Positions 26,682 through 38,629 of a stretch of DNA of 64,000 nucleotides are shown in pieces (positions within the stretch are counted from its first letter, which is position 1; each line of letters opens with the position of its first letter). A program made the position numbers and the translations under genes. Source of the DNA: Ginglymostoma cirratum. Lineage: Eukaryota. Under the pieces are notes generated by a model. That model had not been told where the DNA came from. It worked only from the letters and a program-made list of their open reading frames with translations, and searched no databases. Where the stretch lies: assembly GCA_024137785.1 (NCBI GenBank), contig JAHRHZ010000070.1:10774117-10838116 (forward strand), written 5' to 3'.

Positions 26682-27354
26682 AGATAACACCATGTGGAGC
26701 TGGAGGAACACAGCAGGCCAGGCAGCATCAGAGGAACAGGCAAGTTGACGTTTCAGTTGGAACCCTTCTTCAGAAATGGGGGAAGGGGAATGGAGCTCTG
26801 AAATAAATAGCGAGAGCAGGGGTGGGGCTGGAGAAGATAGGTGACAGGTGAGTGCAGGTAGGCAGTGGTGAGGATTGGTCAGTGAGGTGGGAGAGAAAAT
26901 GGACAGGTTGTGTCAGGTCAAGGAGGTGAGGATGGGAGGGAGGGATGGTCATGGGATAAGGCTGGCGGTGGGGATATTTTGAAACTGGTAAAGTTCCCAT
27001 TGAGACCAATGGGTTGTAGGCTCCCAAGGCGGAATATGAGGTGCTGCTCCTCCGGTTTCCAGGTGGGGCCACTGTGACACTGGAGGAGGCCCAGGATGGA
27101 CATGTCGCCCAGGGAGTGGGAAGAGGAGTTGAAGTGGTTCGCGACTGGAAGGTGTTGTCATTTGTTGCGAACAGAGCGTAGGCGCTCTACAAAGTGGCCC
27201 CTGAGCCTCCGAGCTCCCTTCCCCTTCTGAAGAAGGGTCCCGACCTGAAACGTCAACTTTCCTGCTGCTCTCTTGCTGCCTGGCCTGCTGTGTTCCTCCA
27301 GCTCCACACTGTGTTATCTCTGACTTCAGCATCAGCAGTTCTTACTACCTCTAA
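26682..27354 (-). mobile_element. PLE family A (Neptune-like) 3' fragment with inverted terminal copy and ~12-bp TSD
   Basis: ORF MSILGLLQCHSGPTWKPEEQHLIFRLGSLQP (GIY-YIG C-terminus). Inverted arms about 26683-26790 and 27215-27320. Flanks are CATTGACACCCT (26670-26681) and CACTGACACCCT (27355-27366). Confidence 0.85.
27227..27254 (+). ncRNA. Minimal hammerhead ribozyme core (PLE family A variant)
   Basis: CTGAAGA-AGGGTCCCGACCT-GAAA-CGTC. Confidence 0.6.
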
Positions 27355-27814
27355 CACTGACACCCTTCCAAACAGAACTGTTGGTTTCCTACCCACCCAA
27401 CTGCTGCAGCAGTTCAAGTAGGAGCTCACCACTGCCTTCCCCAGGGAAATTAGCAATGGGCAAATACAAATTACTAGGTAAGGTAAAAAAGACGTGTAAT
27501 TGAGATTGCAAGAATTAATCAATGTATGGTTTCTAACATTTAAAGGGGGGGGGTAAGTCACAGAATAAAATAGATTGAATATGATCTGTGTCATGAACAA
27601 TTTGACAGAACAAGTGACCTTTTCTTGTTCAATGCCTTTTCTCATTTTTTTCAATTAACCTTCAGTGTGAGGAAGTAATTTTGGGTCCAAGCTGTCCTAT
27701 CACACGAGTTAATATTTCTTTGGGAGGAGAAAGACTTATTGAATGATCTGAAGTCTTTTTTTTAAAAGAAGTACATTACTTTTGCTTGGATGTGCAGATT
27801 TTTTAAACTAATAT

Positions 27815-28150
27815 TCATAGGATGGAAGTGTTACTGGCAAGGCAAGCATTTATTCCCCTACTATCCTTGACAAATTAGAGTTGAATAGTTTTCTTGACAA
27901 ATGAATGACTTGTTAAGACATCTCACAGGACAGTTAGGAATTAGGGGGTCTGACATCATATATGGGTCAGACCTGCAAAGGAGAACAAAATTCCTTCCCT
28001 CGACATTAGCAAACCAAATGGATTTCTACAACAATCCTCCAGAGTTAAATGATCAACATGGTTGATACTAGCCCTTTATTCCAGATTTATTTAATTCATT
28101 GAAATTAATCTCTCCAGTTGTCTAAACTTACATTTTTGTATCATTAGTCC
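27815..28150 (-). mobile_element. Decayed copy of the tRNA-headed SINE family carrying a longer LINE-derived tail
   Basis: Aligns with 52785-53126 but has an additional LINE 3' segment. Confidence 0.55.
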
Positions 28151-28192
28151 AAACTATTAGTCCAAAGCTACTATCCTCTCTATTTGTAATTA

Positions 28193-28333
<141 letters not shown>

Positions 28334-28699
28334 CTAGAGAGAGAAAAATTGCAAAATACTTAAATACATAAAGTCACTTGTGTGTTTAAATTGTACTAAG
28401 TCATAAGCAAATGTTAAAATTACTAAGTAATTAATATGAATCTGCTTCTGGTTTAATATACATTGATGACATTTATTATTCCATCCTGTTCTCACTTGTA
28501 TTGATCGATGTTCCTTTTCCAAACCTGCAAGCTGAAAAACTGACTTCATGTCTCCTTTTAGCATTGGTACAATTACTTCAATAGCAATAATTATTTCAGT
28601 ACAATAATTATTTCCTTTAAACACTGCTTCAAAGGTGGAAGGCAGAAAGGGAGAGTAATTTAGAGGATGCCCCACAAACTGAAGGCACAGCAAACAATG

Positions 28700-29390
28700 G
28701 TAGAGTGTTAAAAGTTGCGCATGGGGCCAAATTAGAGGAACAAACATATATGCCTTAGAGGACTGTGGAATTGGAGGAGATTAGGAAGGTGGTATTGGCA
28801 GGGATTTGAAACAAAGACGAAAATATTTCTCTCAAGATGCTGTTTGAGAGAACAAGCTGATGTCGGTTAGGGAGGATAATTGAACAAAACTTGCAGTGAG
28901 TTAAGAGACAAGCAGAGATTTTGCTGAGCTCAAGTTTTACAGATGGTAGAATTTGGGAGATAAGCCACGAATGCACTGAAATGATCAAGTCTAGAGGTAA
29001 TGGAAAGCATGAATCAAAGTTTCAGCAACAGATGGGCAGAGACTGGAGTAAGTTGAATGATATTGAGCAAGTAGAAGTATGTTGTCAGTAATTCCAAAGT
29101 ATAAGTTTGGAAACTCATGCAGAGTCAAACACGATGCCAACACGGCTAAATCTCAAACTATTGTCAGGAGAGGGATGGCATTGTTAGCTATGGATTGAAA
29201 ACAAAGGCATCCGTCTTCCTAATAGTTAAATGGAGGAAATTTCTGCTCACCCAGTACTGGGATGTTGAATAAGCATTATGATAATTTAGCAAAAATGGAG
29301 GAGTTGAGAGAGGCAGTGGATGAGGAAGGGCTGGTTGTCACCCGATACATATGAAATTTAATTCTTTTCTTTCAGATGATGTCATGTAGA
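28700..29390 (-). mobile_element. L2-like LINE fragment
   Basis: Reverse strand TTACCTCTAGACTTGAT (TSRLD of the L2 ORF2 C-terminal region). Similar to 60740-61550. Confidence 0.55.
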
Positions 29391-29439
29391 GGCAAAATCA
29401 CTTCTTCTCAAAATACCAGGAAGACATATGGTCTAGAAA

Positions 29440-30005
29440 TGTAACTGAACCAGCCACAGCAGTTACAAGAGCAGGTTAGAGGCTGGATATTCTGCAGTGA
29501 CTAACTCATCTACTGACTCCTCAAAGCTTTTTCATCATCTGCAAGACACAAGTCAGGAGTGTGGGGAATATTCTCCACTTACCAGGATAGGCACAACAAC
29601 AAAACTATCTCATGCTGGCAAAAGCACCTCACTCAATTAGCATCCCATGCATCATCCTAAACATACACTCCCTCCACCTTCAGTACACTGTGATTGAAAC
29701 GCATACCATTTTTTTTTGAGATTCATTGCAGCAACTCAGTAAAGTTCTTCACTAGAGCTGAATAGAACAAGAGTGCATGCGCATACCAACACCAGCACCT
29801 GCAAATTTCAAGTCACGCACTGTCCTGACTTGGAACAATGTCAGTGTTCCTTCATCATTACAAGGTCAATATCTTGGACTTTACAACTTGAAGTTCTCTG
29901 CATGCAACACTGGCCACAGAGATTGAAGCAGGCAGCTCACAAACACCTTTTCAAGAGCATCTGGCGTGTGCCTCATCAACCTTGATTTCACATAAACAAA
30001 TTAAA
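29440..30005 (+). mobile_element. 3' fragment of the SINE-headed LINE family
   Basis: ...CAAGACACAAGTCAGGAGTGTGGGGAATATTCTCCACTT...GAAGCAGGCAGCTCAC is the reverse-orientation counterpart of about 34420-34870 and 58450-58910. Confidence 0.7.
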
Positions 30006-30279
30006 AACCCTTATGCTTCACAAATAGCTCCATTTTAAAATTCACTATTCACTATTCTAGAATAAACTAGAATAAACTAGACTGTCTCCAGAAATGGTCT
30101 GGTCACTTGGCAACAAGTTTCATTACCTCAAATACACAAAAGTACATGCACTTACTCTTGCAGAAAGCAAGTACTAATTTTGCCAATTGCACTTCTGATG
30201 ATTGATTCACAAATAAGAAAAGCAAACTGAAAACTCTGCAGAGACTAAAACCAATAGTGAGCAGATTGAGGGTGCGAAG

Positions 30280-30495
30280 AACAGCAGAGGAAGAAAAAAA
30301 AAGCAGGGGAAGGGAAGGAACAAGGGAAGGGAAGAGGGGAATCAGAAATTAAAGAATGGAAAGAACAAAGAAATAGAGAGAAAAGGGAAGGAGAGAAAGA
30401 GGAAGGGGAAGGGAGAGTGAGGAGGGGAGAGATTAACAGGGGGACAGAAAAGGATGGGAAAGGAGGAATGAGAAGTAGGTGAGAGAGAAAAGGTT
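30280..30495 (+). repeat. Polypurine low-complexity tract (GGAA/GGGA-rich)
   Basis: About 210 bp that are almost entirely A/G on the + strand, immediately downstream of the 116-bp exon donor. Confidence 0.85.
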
Positions 30496-30512
30496 AGTGA
30501 ACAAATACTTAC

Positions 30513-30628
30513 AGCATTTTTTCCTTGGTCTCGACAAGCACTGCAGGTCTTGCACTCGATACACTGCCATCTTAAAGTTTTCACGTGGGCAGTTAACTCA
30601 GGAGAGAACTTTAAACATGATGGATGCC
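30513..30628 (-). CDS. kat6b: kat6b coding exon (116 bp): (G)[38 protein letters not shown]
   Basis: Acceptor tttgaag|GG and donor GCT|gtaagt. Completes PHD1 and starts PHD2; phases 1 to 0. Confidence 0.95.
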
Positions 30629-30979
30629 CTTCAAACAAGAAAAACAATTTCAATTTCTGATCTTAATGCAGCAGTTTCTGTAGTCAGTGTTATCATAACT
30701 ACCTTCCTCTAATGGTTCATTCTGTAAATGCACCAAAGGATATAGCATTAAATTATCGAAAATGTTCCCAAATTCAATGCCTCATCTCCACTGTCTCAGC
30801 TACAGCAGTATGACACAAGTAGCCGGTAAAGAAAAGAAAATCTGGGAAGATTCACTTTTTATGTGCCTTTGCTCATGTGCTGATGCCTGAACAGGACTCG
30901 TGTTTACTTACAATCCTGTTAGCATCCCATGACCAATTTTGCCAGTCAACAGCCATTTAGACAAAATACTAAAGGACTA

Positions 30980-33822
30980 TTGGTGAACAAAAGAATCGCA
31001 ATTGTGGTTGACTGGAATTAGCAGGTGGTGAGAATTTAGACACTTGGCAAAAGCCAGTAGACGAAGCAAAAGAACAGGAATGAAAGTAAAAACAATCATC
31101 CTTTCATAAAGATCTAATGAGAAAGCACTATTGTTAGAATAAAAAGAAAATTTAGATTGAAAGAAAGAGAGAATGCGTTGTGTGTGAGAGATGGAGACAG
31201 ACCTAGAAGCACAACAATTGGATGCTGAAGATTTGGAAAATCTATCAATATGGTCAAATTTAAAGAAAGATAACCTCAAATGCATAGGAGGCATGTTTAA
31301 GCTATAAGTTTGGAAAGCAGGATGGAAATTCTATGGAAGAATATATAATGGATTTTAACAGACTATATTCAAAATTGTAAAAACTTTATTTAAGGATTCC
31401 TAATTCAGTGCTTACCTTTAAATTGTTGGAATATGTCAAGATTGTCCAAGATGACATACTCCCTATATTAACTGGAGGTAGAGTTTCAGAAAGAAACACA
31501 CTTTTGGAGCAGGTGTCAGAAGCCTTAAAAAAAATTCCTGAAAAAATATTCATTCCCAGTGGCTTTCATAGCTCAAACAGCGCATTCAGCAATAACGTAA
31601 ATAACAAACAAGCCAATAGTAGCAGAAACAAAAGATAGCCCAAATACAGGCTGACAGCATCAATATGAAACAAGAATCATAATTAAAATGATAAGAGGTA
31701 GAGATGCATCCTGCAATTATAACAGACAACAGCAACTGGGGAACTATAATAGATGAACGAACCCCAGGAATTGCAGAGGCACAGTTAACAAGTATTTTAG
31801 ATGTGATACAAGATATCATAATGCCTTGAATTGTCCTAAGCATCAGTTAAGTTGTCATTGTCTTACCAAAGCATAGAGCTGCTCTCTCATTAGAGAGAGA
31901 CGACTGATGGTGATTTAACCTGAGCGTCAGCATACTTCAGGTGAGGGAAGAGGTTGAGAAAGAGAATCCTTCAATGGTAACATCAGCCAGTGTGGGGATA
32001 CTGTTGGCATCATATTGCTTCGCAAATCAATCATCCAGCAAAGTGAGCTAAACCGACAAGTATTTCAAATTGCCTGCCACACAGAAGGCTTGCAAGGAGA
32101 AAACAATGATATTGATCATATAGAAAGTGTACAGTTATAAGAAGCAGCAGCCTTTTTGCTAATATTTTATGTCCAGAGTTAATTCAGCTGCATTGTGTTG
32201 GATAGTCGTTGCACAGTGTGTGGAGCAGATTGATTAAAACATTAACTAGATTCTTTAGAGAACAAGAACTGGAAGTAAAAGTTAACAAATTTGAGAGTTC
32301 TACTAACTCTAGGTTTGGGGAGGGAATCATGCTGGAATCACTAAAAAGAGTTATGACTCCCTGTAATATAGCTGGCCTAAACCATTTTCTCAACACCCAG
32401 CATCAGATGAAATACTTTCACTGTTGAGCAGACAGCCTAAGGAAAAACCACAAATGAAACTGAATATAAATCACTACGAGGTAATTGTTATTAGGAAGTC
32501 AACGGATTCATTCTTTACACAATCTGGATATTATTGTATTCATTTAATGAGACCCAACTTCTCTAATCAAAATATTAAACAAATGTTAGATGAAAAGAGT
32601 TTAAAAGAAAAAAAAAGTTAACTATCTTAAAACGAAAACAGATGTTTGCTCATCAATATTCTCAAAGATTAAAATCCTTCCAAAGGACACAGGAGTAATG
32701 GATGGGAGTAATAAAAGGGATCAATGGTAAGTGTGACGTTTTTAAGAAAAATACAGAGGATATCAGAGGCCGTCTAAACAGACTTTAACAAAGTTGCAGC
32801 AATGGGCTTACAAGTATGGGATAAGCAGAAAAACATTTTCATCGTGCATTTCATAGTCTTGGCAACTAGATTTAAGCAGTATGCAATAATATATAAAGAG
32901 AAAGGAGGAAAAGTGGACAAGGTAATAGTGAAATGGGTAGGAATTGGATTGGGATACAAGCTAAATTCCTAATGGCTAATTAAGGGGGCGGTGGTGGGGG
33001 GAAACAGACAAAATTTGCCAATGATGAATTTAGGGATAAATGGGGAAAATATAAATGTTATGGTAACGAATATGGAGCCAGCAACACCTTATAGTAATGG
33101 TGTGTGAGAAAGAAATCATGCAGTAATACATGAGATGCTTTACAAACCACTAGTCGAGCAACCGAATTTTACATTAAAATCTGCCCTGCCATGGGCAGTC
33201 ATTGCAAGCATTTCACTGCAATAGTTAGGGACTACAGTGCACATCAATTGGTTTTTGGAAGAAATCCAAAAATTGCTTCAATAACAAGTAACCACCACCT
33301 GGCTTGGGAAGGGACTATAATTATCTCTACTTTTTCTGCGACTTGAAAACCTTGCATGTAGGCAGAAGAGCCTTCAATAAGGCTGAGGCTTCAAAGAAAA
33401 TTTTACAAGCCTTACAGCATCGTATAGGACCATCAGAAACAAATTTTAATCCAGGTTTAAGAGAAGGATAGGACGTTCGAGAAGGTACTGATAAAAAAAA
33501 CAGTAATTTTACAGCATGACAACCAAACTATTGGAGAGCATTACTAGGGTTTAAGTTCCAACAATTACACATTTACATGTCATAGAAAGTAATGAGAAAA
33601 CATACTTCAAATACACATGTTGGAAAATTATGGAGGAGACCAGATTAAGGCTGACTCCATACAGACAAAGTGATATAATGATACAGGACAAGGTATTTGC
33701 CCGAAGGACAACAACACCAAGTTAGCACTAAAGTACTATATTTGCCAGAGAAGGCCTGTAAATAGAGGATGCCACCATTACAGGGAGAATAGGGAAAACT
33801 GCTGGCAAATACAAACACTGGA
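30980..33822 (+). mobile_element. Ty1/copia (GalEa-like) retrotransposon relic: gag, zinc knuckle, protease, integrase
   Basis: Hand translation: gag SMEEYIMDFNRLYSKL...VLTFKLLEY; knuckle (Y)FRCDTRYHNALNC at 31793-31834; protease CIVLDSRCT at about 32189; integrase DFNKVAAMGLQVWD...SNGV*ERNHAVIHEML...QLVFGRNPK at 32780-33270. Integrase follows protease directly, which is the copia order. Confidence 0.8.
31845..32057 (-). mobile_element. tRNA-derived SINE inserted in the copia relic
   Basis: Reverse strand begins GTCGGTTTAGCTCACTTTGCTGG, with a CTCTCTCTAATGAGAGAG hairpin near the 3' end. It interrupts the copia sequence between knuckle and protease. Confidence 0.65.
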
Positions 33823-33892
33823 AGATGAGATAACAGGGTGTAGAGCTGGATGAACACAGCAGGCCAAGCAGCATCATAGGAGCAGGAAAGCT

Positions 33893-33920
33893 GACGTTTC
33901 GGGCCTAGACCCTTCTTCAG
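33893..33920 (-). ncRNA. Minimal hammerhead ribozyme core (PLE family A), on the kat6b sense strand
   Basis: Reverse strand CTGAAGA-AGGGTCTAGGCCC-GAAA-CGTC: CUGANGA, stem II, GAAA and a palindromic ACGU with GUC cleavage triplet. Confidence 0.65.
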
Positions 33921-33932
33921 AAAAAATTTTTT

Positions 33933-34332
33933 NNNNNNNNNNNNNNNNNNNNNNNNNNNNNNNNNNNNNNNNNNNNNNNNNNNNNNNNNNNNNNNNNNNN
34001 NNNNNNNNNNNNNNNNNNNNNNNNNNNNNNNNNNNNNNNNNNNNNNNNNNNNNNNNNNNNNNNNNNNNNNNNNNNNNNNNNNNNNNNNNNNNNNNNNNNN
34101 NNNNNNNNNNNNNNNNNNNNNNNNNNNNNNNNNNNNNNNNNNNNNNNNNNNNNNNNNNNNNNNNNNNNNNNNNNNNNNNNNNNNNNNNNNNNNNNNNNNN
34201 NNNNNNNNNNNNNNNNNNNNNNNNNNNNNNNNNNNNNNNNNNNNNNNNNNNNNNNNNNNNNNNNNNNNNNNNNNNNNNNNNNNNNNNNNNNNNNNNNNNN
34301 NNNNNNNNNNNNNNNNNNNNNNNNNNNNNNNN
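33933..34332. other. Assembly gap (400 N)
   Basis: Run of N read directly. Confidence 1.
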
Positions 34333-34391
34333 TGTTATCTCAGATTCTCCAGCATCTGCAGTTCCTACTATCTCTAGCAGGCATCTTCCCT

Positions 34392-37300
34392 TCTTATTCA
34401 AGCATGGAATGTGGGAATTACTGGTTGGGCAACTTCATGAACTGCTGCAGTCCATTTGGTGTAGCAACAGCAAGCCAATAGTTCCAGGATTTTGCCCGAG
34501 TGACACTGAAGGAACCACGATGCATGTCCAAGTCAGGATGTTGTGTGGCTTGAAGAGGAGTGTGCAGATGATGATGTTTCTGTGTATCTGCTATCCTTGT
34601 CCTTCTAGTTGGTAGTGATCCTGGGTTTGTAAGTTGCTGTCTAAGGAAATCTGGTGAATTTCTGCAGTGAATCTTGTAAATGAAACACATTGCTGCTATT
34701 GATCATCAGTGGTGGAAGGACCAAATGTTTGTGGATGTGGTGCCAATTAAGTGGGCTGCTTTATCCTGGATAATGCCAAGCATCGAGTTTTGTTGGAGAA
34801 GGACTTATCCAGCACACTTCTGAATTGTGCCTTGTAGGAGATGCGTTACTCATTCCAGGATTCCTAGCCTCTGCCCTGTTCTTCTAGCAATGGTATTTAT
34901 AGGGATAGTTCAGTTTCTGGTTAATAACAACCCCAGAATGTTGATAGTTGGGTATTCAAGGATAGCAATACCATTTTATGTCAAGGGTAGATGGTTAGAT
35001 GGTCTCTTGTTGGAGATGGTCAATGTCTGGCACTTGTGTGGCACAAATGTTCCTTGCCACCTGTCCAAATGTGGATATTGTCCAGTCTTGCTGCATTTAG
35101 ACATGGAATGCTTCAGTATCTAAAGAGTCATAAATGTTGCTGAACTTTTGAACTTAGGTTGGAGGAAAAGTTATTGACAAAGCAGTTGAAGATGGTTAGG
35201 CATAGGATACTCCCCTGCATAGAGCTGAGATTACCGTCCTCCAATGACCACAATCATCTTCCTTTGTGCCAGGTATGACTGTAATAGCAGAGTTAACTCC
35301 CTTTTTTGCTAGGGCTCCTTGATACCATACTAGGTCAACCGTGAAGTCAAGGCATTCACACTGTTCTCACTGCTGGAATTCAATATTTTGTCCATATTTG
35401 GACCAACGCTGTAATGAAGTCTGGAGCTTAGTGGCTGTGCCAAATTCAAACTGAGTATCAGTGATAATGTTATTGTTAAGCAAGTGCTGTTTGGCAGCAC
35501 TGTTAATGGCACCTTCATCAATTTACTGATGTTTGAAAGTAGATTGACGGGGTAGTAACTGGTCTAGTTGGATTTTTCCTACTTTTTCTGTACAGGACAT
35601 ACCTAGGCAATTTGCCACATTATTGGATATATTGCAGTGTCGTAGCTGTAACAGAACAGCTTTGGTTAGGGGCTCAATTAGGTCGGGACCATGTCTTCAG
35701 TATTATGGCCAGAATATTGTCAGGGTCCATACCCTTTGCAGGATTCAATGATTACCGTCCTTTCTGGATTGCACATTAAGTGAAATTTGTTGAAGATTGG
35801 CATCTGTGATACTAGGGACCTCAGAGGAGTGCAAGATGGATCATCCAATCATCACCTGTGGCTGAAGATCATTGCAAGTTCTTCAGCCTTAATTTTTGCA
35901 TTGATGTGCTGATTTTCCCCCATTATTGAGGATGGGAGCATTCATTAAGGCTACACCTCCTTTTAGTTGTTTAGTTGTCCACCACCGTTCATGACTGGAT
36001 GCGGCTAGACTGCACAGCTTAGATCTGTTGCGGAATCGCTTAGTCCTATCGGTCAGGTGCTGTTTGGCATGCAGGTAGTCCTGTTTTGTAGCTTCACCAG
36101 GTTGACATCACATTTTTTGGTATACCTGGTGCCTTACACACCCTCTTGCATGCTTCACTGAGCCAAGCTTGATTCCCTAGCTTTACAATAGTGACAGAGT
36201 GGAAATTATATCAAACCATACGGTTACAGGTTGTGCTTGAGTACAATCTGCTGCTGCTGGTCGTGGCCCACTGCATCCCATGGACAGCCAGTTTTAAGTT
36301 GCTAGATCTGTTCAAAGTCTATCCCATTTGTCACGGTGATAGTGCCACACATGATGGAAAATATGCTCAATGTGAAAATGGGACTTCATGTCCACAAGGA
36401 ATGTGCGGTGGTTACTCTTACTAAAGCTGTCATTGACAGATGCATCTGAGGCAGGAATATTGGTGAGGGTGAGGTCAAATGTGTCTTTCTGGGCTTGTTG
36501 GTTCCCTTGCCATCAGCTGCTTGAATAGCTACAGCAGTGTCCTTTAGGTCTTGGCCAGCTCTGTCAGTACTTACGCAGCCAAGTCATTCTTTGTGAAAGA
36601 TATTGAAGTCATTCATCTGAACTACAGTCTTGTGCCCTTGTTACTCTCAGTGCTTTCTTTGTCTGTGGTGTTCAACATGGAGGATACTCTAGGTGGAACT
36701 GAGGGGAAGAGTCATGGTAACTGGCAGGAGGTTTCCTTCTCCACGTTTCAGATGTACAAGGGTGTTGCCAAGGTTGGAGGGTTTGAGCAATGGGGAGAGG
36801 CTGAATAGGCTGGGGCTATTTTCCCTGGAGCATCGGTGGTTGAGGGGTGACCTTTTAGAGGTTTATAAAATCATCAGGGGCATGGATAGGGTAAACAGGC
36901 AAAGTCCTATCCATGGGGTGGGGGAGTCCAGATCTAGAGGGCATAGGTTTTAGGTGAGAGGGGAAAGACATAAGAGGGACATAAGGGGCAACTTTTTCAC
37001 GCAGAGGATGGTACGTGAATGGAATGAACTGCTAGAGGAAGTGGTGGAGGCTGGTACAATTATACATTTAAAAGGCATCTGTATGGGTAAATGAACAAGA
37101 AGGGTTTAAAGTATCATGTGACAAATGCAGGCAAATGGGACTAGATTTATACTGGATATCTGGTCAGCATAGGTGAATTGGACCGCAGGATCTGTTTCCG
37201 CGCTATATATCTCTATGACTCTATGATGCTTTAGGGCTTACTGAGGCCTGAAGTCAATGTTAAAGGCTGCCAGGCTAAGTACCTCCAGAGTTTATATTAC

Positions 37301-37802
37301 TGTGCAGCCACCTCTGCTGGGTTTTGTCCTGACAGGATGTACCCAAGGTTGATGGTGTTATTCTCTGGCACATTGCGTGTAAGATATTATTTCATGAGTA
37401 TGACTATGTCAGGCTGTTGTTAGACTAGACTGTGAAATAGCTCTCCCAATCTCGGCAATACCTTCAGATATCAGTAAGAAATATTTTGCAGGGTCAACAA
37501 GCTCGAGATTCCTGTTGTTGTTTCTGGTGCCTTAGTCAACGCTATGTGGTTTATCCAGTTACAGTCCATTTCTCCTTTCCAAAGGCTGATATAACTGAAT
37601 GGCTTGCTAGGCTATATTAGAGAGCAGTTAAGAGTAAACCACATTGCAATGTATCTAGAGTCAAACATATCCCAGACCAGGAAAGGATAGCAGTTTTCCT
37701 TTCCTAAAAGCCATCATTGAGTGAGCTGGGTTTTTACAAATTTAGCCAATGATTTAATGGTCATCATTAGGACTTTTAATTCCAGACTTCTATTGAACTC
37801 AA
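34392..37802 (-). mobile_element. Near-full-length decayed EN-RT LINE (~2.9 kb excluding the nested CR1) whose 5' end is the SINE body; no room for an ORF1
   Basis: 5' region 37620-37802 aligns with the SINE body at about 52850-53035. APE motifs QQPDIVIL, DFN and SNH(SDH) follow, then an RT region collinear with 20567-21476 and a 3' tail matching the SINE tail. Confidence 0.8.
36753..37226 (+). mobile_element. CR1 3' fragment nested in the LINE above
   Basis: ERLNRLGLFSLEHRWLRGDLLEVYKIIRGMDRV and tail CTCTATGACTCTATGA. Confidence 0.9.
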
Positions 37803-38160
37803 CGTCAAAGATTTTCTGTGGGACCGCTTTACAATTTGAGCAATGTGTATTTAAGATTTGAGGTCAGGCTGCAAGAACCTTTAGTGCTATAAATGAATTA
37901 GGGCTGGACATTAAACAGTCTAAGTCAGGAGTGTCTTTGGATCAACAGTTTCATATGGCAAACATAAACTGCATCCCAATAAGTCACCTGTCCTTTGCAT
38001 CAAGGAGCAGACATTTGATTGAACAGTTATACTCATCAAGCTCACGGAGTGCACAATCAATCATAATGTATTGGAACAGAATACTGTGATCAAACAGGCA
38101 AGAAGTCTTGACAGAAAGTTTTAAAATTACGAAATTAAATTCAGAACAATACACTGTCAA
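37801..38160 (+). mobile_element. Copia relic, RT segment
   Basis: NVKDFLW (decayed HVDDFLW) then LGLDIKQSKSGVSLDQQFHMANINCIPISH. The preceding LAGIF lies at 34374-34388 on the other side of the LINE insertion. Confidence 0.7.
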
Positions 38161-38629
38161 GTTTTCAGGCTGCAGTAAGCCAGATGATATTATAAAGACA
38201 GCATATTTTATTTCTCTGCATTTTTAGTTGTAGACGGAAATGGGAAAAGGACTGTTTCAAAACCTTGAGGATTGTCGATTGGATTACTGCACTTCTTAAA
38301 AGCAAGTTATCTGACTTTCATTGCATGTGCTGTCTGCATTGAACAAACAGCAACGAGTGGGGGAGGTTACTGCAGACCAGCTGGAGATAACACAGTGTGG
38401 AGCTGGAGGACGACAGTAGGCCAGGCAGCATCAGAGGAGCAGGAAAGTTGACGTTACGGGTCAGGACCCTTCTTCACAAATGGGGAGTGGGAAGGGAGCT
38501 CAGAAATAAATACAGAGAGGAGGGGTGGGGCTGGGGAAGGGAGATGGGATGGTGATAGGTGAGTGCAGGTAGGGAGTGGTGGGGATTGGTCAGTGAGGTA
38601 GGAGGAGCGGATAGGTGGGAGAGAAGATG

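Larger units (their letters stand above)
26439..27470 (+). mobile_element. tRNA-headed SINE / internally deleted LINE derivative (head and body 26439-26681, LINE 3' end 27355-27470), interrupted by a PLE
   Basis: Head GGGGAGATCATGGCGTAGCGGCAACATCACTGG and a body matching 52785-53126. After the PLE comes the LINE 3' region CAGTTCAAGTAGGAGCTCACCAC...ATGGGCAAATA. Confidence 0.7.
33826..34373. mobile_element. PLE family A termini in inverted orientation flanking the assembly gap
   Basis: Left side GAGATAACAGGGTG...GACGTTTCGGGCCTAGACCCTTCTTCAG; right side TGTTATCTCAGATTCTCCAGCATCTGCAG. Confidence 0.8.

Noticed and set aside
33874-34401. 175-aa ORF
   Set aside because: Artefact of reading through Ns.
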